This document shows, piece by piece, positions 9,238 through 15,522 of a DNA stretch of 32,000 nt. The stretch is taken from positions 360,001 to 392,000 of the forward strand of contig NZ_LWLG01000001.1 of NCBI RefSeq assembly GCF_001652585.1. The letters are read 5' to 3'. Each line of letters starts with the position of its first letter. Position 1 is the stretch's first letter. This DNA comes from Thermosulfurimonas dismutans (lineage in GTDB: Bacteria > Desulfobacterota > Thermodesulfobacteria > Thermodesulfobacteriales > Thermodesulfobacteriaceae). The notes under the pieces are model-generated. The model saw only the letters and a program-made list of their open reading frames with translations, made no database searches and was not told the origin of the DNA. Made by a program: the position numbers and the translations under genes.

Positions 9238-11181
9238 TTAAATAACTTCTATTTCACCTTGGACGTATTTCTGGCGGCAGATGGTAACGAGCTCGAAGAG
9301 GATAGAGATAACCTCTTCGAATATGGGATAGAGATTTTCTTCTAGCCACTTTATTTTTTCCTCGGTAGAAACTATATGGTTAGAGCTATCCATGAAGCGA
9401 TCCAGTTCGTTGACCATCTCATGCAGTCTACGATGGGGTTCCTTCACTTTTTCTACCAGAGAAGCCAACGTGGGATCTTCAGGTTCCCAGACCGAAAGCA
9501 CCCGGCCGAGGTAACAGCGTGTGGGGTCCCTTTCGACTTGGGGCGAACTACCTGTTAGAACGGCTTCTATCACGCGGCATCTCCACATGATGTGTCCAAG
9601 GATCGCTTCTTGAAGGGCCAGGGCACAGGCTACGCCTTTAACTTCCAAGTGAGTTTCTCGACTCGAAAAGAGCCGATTTATCCTTTCGAGTTCTTCTGTG
9701 CTTTCTTTTATACCTTTAAGGGTAACATACAGTTCTTGGGCCATCTGATTAAAGTCCTCGGAAATACGGGTGAGGTTTTCGGATTTCTGGGAAAGGCTGT
9801 CTACTTCTTGAGATACCTGGCCAAGATTGCTGGAGATTTCGGAGACCACGGCTGTTTGTTCCTCTACTGCCGAGGCAATGGTATTGGCATGTTCGTTGAG
9901 CTCTATCACCGTGCGGGTAATCTCATCCGTAGAGGCCACGGCTTCCTCCACGCCCTGCTGAATACGCTGGATAGTTTCTGTGATTCGTTTGGTGGCTTCA
10001 GCGGTCTGACGGGCCAACTCCTTGACCTCATTGGCCACTACCGCGAAGCCTTTGCCGGCTTCGCCGGCCCGAGCGGCCTCAATGGTAGCGTTCAGCGCAA
10101 GCAGATTGGTCTGTTCCGCGATGGTCTGAATGGTCTCTACGATGGAGCCTATCTCTCGGGCTTGCTCTCCTAAACGCTTGACCACCGCGTCTGTGGCCTC
10201 GGCTTTGGTTCGGGCCTCACCAGTAGCCGCAGCCGTGCGGGTTACACTTTCGGAGATCTCATTAATGGCTTGCGTGAGTTCTTCCGCCGAGCGGGTTACG
10301 GCTTCTACCGATTCCCGGGTGGTGATTACCGCCTGAGCGATATCTTCCGAGAAGCGGTTGAGTTTTTCGGATTCAGACCTTAGCCGATCCGCACTTTTAC
10401 GCACGGTGTCTTCAGAGGCCTTTTGGACTTCGTTTTGGATCTTTAAGGCCTGAAGAGTTCGGGAGATAAAGTTGGCCAGCCCCATAGCTGCTTCAGAAAG
10501 GATCTTGACCTCTGTAAGTTGACTCTTAGGAAACTCCACGCGCATATCTCCGGTTCCAATGTGTCGGAAGACCTCGGTGATCATGGCTAGTGGTCTAATA
10601 ACCAATCTCCTGGTGGTTAAGAATACGACCAACAAAATGATAAAAAATATACCTAAAATAACCAATAAAGATGTTTCTGTGCGCTTTTGATTTCTTAAGG
10701 AGACTTCTTCTATGGTTTTTACTACAGAATTGCTTATTTCAAGGAGTTTTAAATTATTATTTAGAATATATTCCATGTGTCTTTCGAAGTCGGCGTCTCC
10801 AGGGGAAAGAGTTAAAAGTATTTCAATTTCTTTCTTGAAAATTTTCCAAAAGGCGAAGTTTTTACGGAGGGCCTCTTGAACGGAGGTCTCTTTTTCGAGG
10901 CTTGAGGCTGCTTTTAACTTGTGGAGGCTTTCATCGTAAAGTTTTAAGGTAGTCCTTATACGTTTTCGGTTTTCCAAAGAAGGGGTTCTTCGATATTCTA
11001 AGATTTCCTTGGTCATCCTCTGGGTGAGCATACGTTGCCTGCCAGAGAGGTTTATTAAAGTGGCTAGTTCGCCCTGATTCCTAAATAGGTACCAGACAAT
11101 GCCTACCGAAAGAAGTTGCAAAAATAACAAAACTCCCAAACTTAATGATAACAGGGATTGTAGAGAAAGACTTTTTCGCAT
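9238..11181 (-). CDS. Methyl-accepting chemotaxis protein with a periplasmic PilJ/NarX-type sensor, HAMP, MA signalling domain and C-terminal CZB (chemoreceptor zinc-binding) domain
   Basis: Two TM helices flank a region containing [15 protein letters not shown]. The conserved signalling hairpin [34 protein letters not shown] is present. The C-terminal HIMW...CYLGR...HRRLH pattern indicates CZB. AAGGAGG lies 5 nt upstream of the ATG. Confidence 0.9.
   Translation of the reverse strand: MRKSLSLQSLLSLSLGVLLFLQLLSVGIVWYLFRNQGELATLINLSGRQRMLTQRMTKEILEYRRTPSLENRKRIRTTLKLYDESLHKLKAASSLEKETSVQEALRKNFAFWKIFKKEIEILLTLSPGDADFERHMEYILNNNLKLLEISNSVVKTIEEVSLRNQKRTETSLLVILGIFFIILLVVFLTTRRLVIRPLAMITEVFRHIGTGDMRVEFPKSQLTEVKILSEAAMGLANFISRTLQALKIQNEVQKASEDTVRKSADRLRSESEKLNRFSEDIAQAVITTRESVEAVTRSAEELTQAINEISESVTRTAAATGEARTKAEATDAVVKRLGEQAREIGSIVETIQTIAEQTNLLALNATIEAARAGEAGKGFAVVANEVKELARQTAEATKRITETIQRIQQGVEEAVASTDEITRTVIELNEHANTIASAVEEQTAVVSEISSNLGQVSQEVDSLSQKSENLTRISEDFNQMAQELYVTLKGIKESTEELERINRLFSSRETHLEVKGVACALALQEAILGHIMWRCRVIEAVLTGSSPQVERDPTRCYLGRVLSVWEPEDPTLASLVEKVKEPHRRLHEMVNELDRFMDSSNHIVSTEEKIKWLEENLYPIFEEVISILFELVTICRQKYVQGEIEVI
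9989..10089 (-). repeat. Copy A of a 101-nt near-identical segment shared by the two MCP genes (inverted relative to copy B)
   Basis: By hand alignment, the reverse complement of 9989-10089 matches 19323-19423 at 99 of 101 positions. Confidence 0.9.
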
Positions 11182-11319
11182 TTTTGCCTCCTTAAAATTT
11201 AGTTTAGCGAATGTTTATTTCTGAACTATCGCAATTTTGGATAAAAAGATCCTCAAAATTGAATCTGTTAGTTAGCATTTATGATGCTTGAAGTTATTTA
11301 AGGTTATAACAATAAGTAA

Positions 11320-11346
11320 ATTATAACAATATCATTCGTAATTCAA
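11320..11346 (-). promoter_or_regulatory. Possible sigma70-type promoter for the MCP gene
   Basis: The minus strand reads TTGAAT-N15-TATAAT. The spacer is short, and the leader to ATG 11181 would be roughly 130 nt and AT-rich. Confidence 0.3.
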
Positions 11347-11360
11347 GAGATCCCAAGAGA

Positions 11361-11396
11361 TTCCCTCGATTCCTGCTTAAGCGGGAATTGGGGGAG
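11361..11396 (+). other. 16-bp hairpin with UUAA loop that pairs fully only as plus-strand RNA
   Basis: UUCCCUCGAUUCCUGC-UUAA-GCGGGAAUUGGGGGAG gives 12 Watson-Crick plus 4 G.U pairs on the plus strand. The same positions would be A.C mismatches in a minus-strand transcript. Confidence 0.4.
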
Positions 11397-11574
11397 CTAA
11401 ACCCGTTGATATGTTTGGGATTGAGTCGAATAGTCGGTCTCATCCGGTGGGTGAAAGGTGAATCGGAAAACATACAGACTAAACCGAAAAACACCGCAGG
11501 GGTTTTATGGGGGCACAAGCTTCCTGAGGAAACGATTAAGCGGGTATGAGGGAAGAAAATAATGGCCGAAATGT

Positions 11575-11976
11575 TCATTGAAATTTAATAAAATTGAAAC
11601 TGGCCAAGGAAAGAGAGAGGCCCATAAGAAGATATAGGGTGCCTAGATAAAGGTGCGGGATAGGAGAATGTCGCAGGAGAATGCCCAAAGAGATCATGAA
11701 AAGCATGATGCCATAGCTTTTGGCCGGCTGGAAGGCGAACATACATACTTTGTCCGGGAGTTTTTGGATATGGGTGAGGGTTCTGCGGGTGACCCTCATA
11801 AGGATTTTGGAGGAAAAGGCGATGGCTAGCGGAATCAAAGTAACGAAATATAAAATAGAAAGGGTAAGACTGAAGTTTTCTTGCCACCAAAGGAAGCCTC
11901 TTATCATAAGCCCCAGGCCTACCGTAAGCCACAGGCCTCCAGCGATATAAGGAAGATATTTGCGTTTAACGCGCAT
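11575..11976 (-). CDS. Small hypothetical integral membrane protein (about 4 TM helices)
   Basis: A 133-aa hydrophobic ORF that overlaps the upstream ttuA-like stop by 11 nt, suggesting an operon. I recognise no family. Confidence 0.6.
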   Translation of the reverse strand: MRVKRKYLPYIAGGLWLTVGLGLMIRGFLWWQENFSLTLSILYFVTLIPLAIAFSSKILMRVTRRTLTHIQKLPDKVCMFAFQPAKSYGIMLFMISLGILLRHSPIPHLYLGTLYLLMGLSLSLASFNFIKFQ

Positions 11977-12901
11977 GATTTTTGAACTCTTCCTTTAGGC
12001 GACAGACTAAACAGGGGCTTGAGACGGCAGGCTCCCCGCAACGTTCACACTTTATAAGGGCCTTGTCCATAAAATTTTCACGTTTTTCCGCAAAGAGGGG
12101 TAGGGCCTTTCGCAAGTACTCTAGGTAGAACCGGAGCTTGGTTCCCGGAGCCTTTTCTTCAAGTTCGTCCATAAGTTCGGCATAAAGAGGCCTGGTGGCC
12201 TCTTCCGAAAGAGGACAGCTTTCGGGAAGATAAGGTAACCCTTTTATTTCAGCATAAGTCCGTATCTCTTTAGCTGTAAATCGGCAGAGGGGCTTCACCT
12301 TGCGCACAAAACCGTGTTCCTCGGGAAGTACGGGGTATTTCCTGGCTAAATATTTAAGGTTCCAGTTGAGAAGATTCCCGAGAAGTGAGGAGGCCTCATC
12401 ATCAAGGTTGTGACCGGTGGCAATGACCTGATAGCCTAGCCGCTTGGCAAGTTGATTCAGATAATAGCGTTTTACGCTTCCACACATCGAACAGTACTTG
12501 CGGGTCTTCTTACGGAGATCTGGAATGGTGAAGCCTAGTTCGGCTTCCATATCTATAATGTGCAGGGGACGGCCAAGTCTTTCGGCGGTGGCCTCCACCG
12601 CCCGTCGGGAGAGAAGAGAAAAGGAGTTTTCCTCTATGCCCAAGTAAATGAAAAGCCCGTCGGCCTCATATCCGAGGGAAGTCAGGGCCTGCCAGAGGGT
12701 AAGACTGTCCTTGCCACCTGAGACTGCTACTAGGATCTTTTCTCTGCGGGAGAACATGCGGAAGGATCGGATTGTGCGTTCCAAATACCGTTCGAACCAC
12801 TCTACAAAGTGCTGACGACAAAGAGGTAGCCGATGAGCCGGAAGGTAAATTTCGGCCGGAGTACGTTTCTTTTCGTTTCTACAGAGACGACAACGGGCCA
12901 T
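11966..12901 (-). CDS. ttuA: TtuA/TtcA-family PP-loop ATPase (tRNA 2-thiolation enzyme with N- and C-terminal zinc fingers)
   Basis: N-terminal CRLC...CRQH, PP-loop VAVSGGKDSL, cluster cysteines CSMCGS and PLCRF, GHNLDDE, and C-terminal CERCG...CLVC. The architecture matches Thermus/Thermotoga TtuA. Confidence 0.8.
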   Translation of the reverse strand: MARCRLCRNEKKRTPAEIYLPAHRLPLCRQHFVEWFERYLERTIRSFRMFSRREKILVAVSGGKDSLTLWQALTSLGYEADGLFIYLGIEENSFSLLSRRAVEATAERLGRPLHIIDMEAELGFTIPDLRKKTRKYCSMCGSVKRYYLNQLAKRLGYQVIATGHNLDDEASSLLGNLLNWNLKYLARKYPVLPEEHGFVRKVKPLCRFTAKEIRTYAEIKGLPYLPESCPLSEEATRPLYAELMDELEEKAPGTKLRFYLEYLRKALPLFAEKRENFMDKALIKCERCGEPAVSSPCLVCRLKEEFKNHAR

Positions 12902-12903
12902 CT

Positions 12904-14061
12904 TTAACTTTTCAGCTCCGCAAGGGTCTTCTCTAAGAATTTCTCCAAAGTTTTAAAGCTAAAATAGGCCTTCTGCAAGCTTTCTTTGGCTGGAGGTTCT
13001 CCAGGGAGTTCTCCAATAAAGGGAGACACTATATCTTTTATTTTTATAGTGACCATGTCCCTGGCCAAGAGGAAGCCTCCTTCCGTTCTAAGGATCAAGG
13101 ACTTTTCTTCCAAAATTTCCAGGACTTCTTCAATGAGAGCGGGGGAGGTATTCAATTTTTGAGAGAGCTCGAAGATTTCAAGAGGGGCTTCTCCTTTTTC
13201 ATAAGCTCTTCCTAGTTCTAGGGCTATAGCCAAAGCGAGCAGCGGTTTGGGAATTTCATAGCCATTGGCCAGCCATTCCTTTTCTTCATACACGGCCGCG
13301 GCTTCGGCCCCAAAGAGGGTTACGGCCCAAGAAAGGAAGAGCCAGAGCAGGAATAAGGGGAAGGCCGCCAACGACCCGTAAAGCTTGGAGTAGGCCACGG
13401 CTTTAGCGGTATAGAGAGTGTAAAGATAGGCAGTAAGCACCCATAGAAGTCCGGCCACCAGGCCCCCGAAAAAGGCCGCCTGAAGCTTTACCTTCCTTCC
13501 AGGAAGATAGAAATAAAGTCCGATAAAGAAAAAAATAACGGTAAAAATGTGAAGCCCTCTTAGGGTCCAACTTAAGAAAGAAAATCTTCCAGCGAAATGT
13601 GAGAGATAAATAGAACCGATTAAAGGCAAGAGTAGAAGCACCGGTCCCAAGGTAATACCCATCCAGTAAACCGTAATTTTTTGGGGGATATTGCGACCTT
13701 TGCGGACTCTAAAGATCTTGTTTAATACTCCTTCGGTTTGCATAAGAAGACCAAGGATCATAAATAAAAAAATGAGCATACTGGCTTTGCCCAGAGGGGC
13801 TTCCTGAGCCTTTTTTAGGAGACCAAAAAGGGTTTCTTGGACGCTTTCAAGGGCGGCGGGATTTAGAAACTGAGAAAGGAGGGTCTCAGCCCGGCTCATG
13901 ATGTCTTCGGCCTGGATGAAGAGCCTGGCGATGGCGAAGACCAGGGCCAAAAGGGGGATCAGGGCAAAAAGTGTGGCGTAAGTTAGGGCTTGGGCTTGGG
14001 TAAGACAATGATCTTGCCAGAAACGTTTTCCGACGGTTTTCCAGTAGATGAGATTTAGCAT
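12904..14061 (-). CDS. YihY/BrkB (ribonuclease BN-like) family membrane protein with a soluble C-terminal extension of about 100 aa
   Basis: N-terminus QAQALTYATLFALIPLLAL followed by about 6 TM helices, which is typical of YihY. The C-terminal segment (PLEIFELSQKLNTSPALIEEVLEILEEKSLILR) looks like a winged-helix domain. Confidence 0.75.
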   Translation of the reverse strand: MLNLIYWKTVGKRFWQDHCLTQAQALTYATLFALIPLLALVFAIARLFIQAEDIMSRAETLLSQFLNPAALESVQETLFGLLKKAQEAPLGKASMLIFLFMILGLLMQTEGVLNKIFRVRKGRNIPQKITVYWMGITLGPVLLLLPLIGSIYLSHFAGRFSFLSWTLRGLHIFTVIFFFIGLYFYLPGRKVKLQAAFFGGLVAGLLWVLTAYLYTLYTAKAVAYSKLYGSLAAFPLFLLWLFLSWAVTLFGAEAAAVYEEKEWLANGYEIPKPLLALAIALELGRAYEKGEAPLEIFELSQKLNTSPALIEEVLEILEEKSLILRTEGGFLLARDMVTIKIKDIVSPFIGELPGEPPAKESLQKAYFSFKTLEKFLEKTLAELKS

Positions 14062-14091
14062 AGAATAAAATCGTAAGGATTTTTCTTTCTC

Positions 14092-14120
14092 TTGACAAGA
14101 CAGTGGTTAGTGGATATAGG
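14092..14120 (+). promoter_or_regulatory. Sigma70-type promoter for tRNA-Pro
   Basis: TTGACA (14092-14097), a 17-nt spacer, then TATAGG (14115-14120). The tRNA 5' end lies 15 nt downstream. Confidence 0.5.
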
Positions 14121-14135
14121 TTTTTTGCGGTTACT

Positions 14136-14212
14136 CGGGACGTAGCGCAGCCTGGCAGCGCACCCGCTTGGGGTGTGGGGGGTCGCCGGTTCAAATCCGG
14201 CCGTCCCGACCA
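14136..14212 (+). tRNA. tRNA-Pro (anticodon GGG), CCA encoded
   Basis: A hand-folded 77-nt cloverleaf: 7-bp acceptor CGGGACG/CGUCCCG, D arm GCGC-AGCCUGGCA-GCGC, anticodon arm CCCGC-UUGGGGU-GUGGG with G37, T arm GCCGG-UUCAAAU-CCGGC, and discriminator A plus CCA. Confidence 0.95.
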
Positions 14213-14266
14213 TTTTGTTTTTTTAAATCTTTTAAAACCAGGCCCTGGCCTGGGGGGAGGTGCGTC

Positions 14267-14698
14267 ATGAGGGAGATGACCCCTGTGTGCCAGATTGACA
14301 GACTGGATGTTTTTCCCGCCCAGGGGGGCAGGCAAGAAAGTATTCCGGTAACGACTCATCTTTTGGTTGAGATGTGGGAGGCACCTTTTAACGTCTTAGC
14401 CCGGGTCAAGGAGGTAGAAAAGGCCCTTCGATATTCCGGCAATGGCCATGGCGAAAGTGGTGAGGTTATTTCCTATCAGTTTGAGCCTTACGGGGTTTCG
14501 GCCAAGGCTACCTTTGAGGAAGTTCATATTTTCATTCATACCTGGCCGGAAAACGGATACGCTGCGGTGGACATCTTTGCTTCTTCAAAAGAGGGGGCCT
14601 ACGAGATCCTAGAACGCATGAAAGAGGCCTTTCGGCCTCGGTATATGCATGTCGTAGAGGTCAAAAGAGGCAATCTCGTTTCCGAGGGGGAAACTTGA
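14267..14698 (+). CDS. S-adenosylmethionine decarboxylase (SpeH/SpeD class 1)-like protein, apparently lacking the processing Ser and catalytic Cys
   Basis: FEPYGVSAKATFEEVHIFIHTWPENGYAAVDIFASS aligns by eye with the AdoMetDC core (..P.GVSGVV.I.ESH..IHTWPE.GYAA.D.FTCG). I chose the ATG at 14267 with GGGGGGAGGTG upstream, because the ORF-track start at 14168 lies inside the tRNA. Its stop overlaps the speE start. Confidence 0.7.
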   Translation: MREMTPVCQIDRLDVFPAQGGRQESIPVTTHLLVEMWEAPFNVLARVKEVEKALRYSGNGHGESGEVISYQFEPYGVSAKATFEEVHIFIHTWPENGYAAVDIFASSKEGAYEILERMKEAFRPRYMHVVEVKRGNLVSEGET

Positions 14699-15522
14699 CT
14701 CATTACTGGTGGCGTGAACGCATCGGCCGGGATTACGGTCACGCCTATAGGGTTAGCCTAATCTACGAGGAACGCACCCCGGCCGGCCAACACCTGCAAA
14801 TTTTCAAAAATTCTTTGTGGGGACGTTTTATCGTCCTCGACGGTATCGTTCAGTTTACTGAGCGGGACGAGTTTATTTATCATGAGACTATCGTCTTCAC
14901 TCCGGTGGCTATGCTTTCGTCCCCCCCTGAGGCCGTCCTTATCATCGGTGGGGGGGATGGAGGCGTTTTGCGTGAGGTTCAGAAACTTTCCGGGGTAAAG
15001 AGGATCCTTCAGGCTGAACTCGATCTGTCGGTCTTCGAAGCCTGCCATAAATATATACCCGAAATTTCGGGAGATTATGGTGATCCGCGGCTAGAGTTTA
15101 GAGTGGCGGATGGTTTGTCAGTAGTAAAGGGGTTACCAGAGGCCTCCTTTGAGGTGGCCATCGTGGACTGCACGGATCCGGTAGGTCCGGCCAAAAGTCT
15201 TTATACCGAAGAATTCTATCGAGAACTTTACCGTGTCCTTAAGCCCCAGGGTGTTTTTGTTCAGCAGGCCAGTTTGCCCGGGTTCTTTCCCGAGATTCTA
15301 AAAGAGGCCTATGCCCTTGCTAGCAAAGTTTTTCCTAGGGTGTACGTTCTCCGGGCTCCGGTCCCCTGCTATGGAGACGAGATTGCTTTCCTCTTGGGGG
15401 TAAAATCTCCGGAAATTTCCCCTGAACCCCGACAAACTTTTCGGGGTAGATTTTACAATCCAGAGGTCCATAAGGCCTCTTTTGCCCTACCTGAGTGGTG
15501 GCTCCGAGAGCTTTTATCTTAA
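14695..15522 (+). CDS. speE: Spermidine synthase family polyamine aminopropyltransferase
   Basis: LDGIVQFTERDEFIYHE, IIGGGDGGVLREV, DPRLEFRVADG and VDCTDPVGPAKSLYTEEFY are the canonical SpeE motifs. The TTG start overlaps the upstream stop (TTGA). Confidence 0.9.
   Translation: MTHYWWRERIGRDYGHAYRVSLIYEERTPAGQHLQIFKNSLWGRFIVLDGIVQFTERDEFIYHETIVFTPVAMLSSPPEAVLIIGGGDGGVLREVQKLSGVKRILQAELDLSVFEACHKYIPEISGDYGDPRLEFRVADGLSVVKGLPEASFEVAIVDCTDPVGPAKSLYTEEFYRELYRVLKPQGVFVQQASLPGFFPEILKEAYALASKVFPRVYVLRAPVPCYGDEIAFLLGVKSPEISPEPRQTFRGRFYNPEVHKASFALPEWWLRELLS

Noticed and set aside
11440-11500. GGUGGGUGAAAGGUG and ACAUACAGA-like strings that recalled RNase P RNA conserved regions. tmRNA, SRP and 6S RNA were also considered for 11190-11580.
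   Set aside because: The universally conserved RNase P GAGGAAAGUCC element is absent, there is no tRNA-like acceptor/CCA end for tmRNA, and no SRP domain IV motif is present. The resemblance is too short to support a call.
11321-11578. An 85-aa minus-strand ORF filling part of the large gap, starting in an ATGA overlap with the upstream membrane-protein gene.
   Set aside because: It is not called as a CDS. Its composition is odd, it shows no motif, and the region contains strong hairpins that pair only on the opposite strand. It is kept as an alternative explanation in the corresponding finding.
14168-14266. The ORF-track start at 14168 for the AdoMetDC-like gene, and the 157-aa minus-strand ORF at 13886-14359.
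   Set aside because: Both run through the tRNA-Pro gene (14136-14212). The plus-strand gene has a much better start at ATG 14267 with a strong SD. The minus-strand ORF also overlaps the start of the YihY-family gene and has an implausible Pro/Arg-rich composition.
14062-14266. tRNA-Pro as an integration hotspot, i.e. a possible genomic island boundary.
   Set aside because: There is no integrase, no direct repeat of the tRNA 3' end downstream, and no phage or mobile genes. The flanking genes are ordinary metabolic and repair genes.
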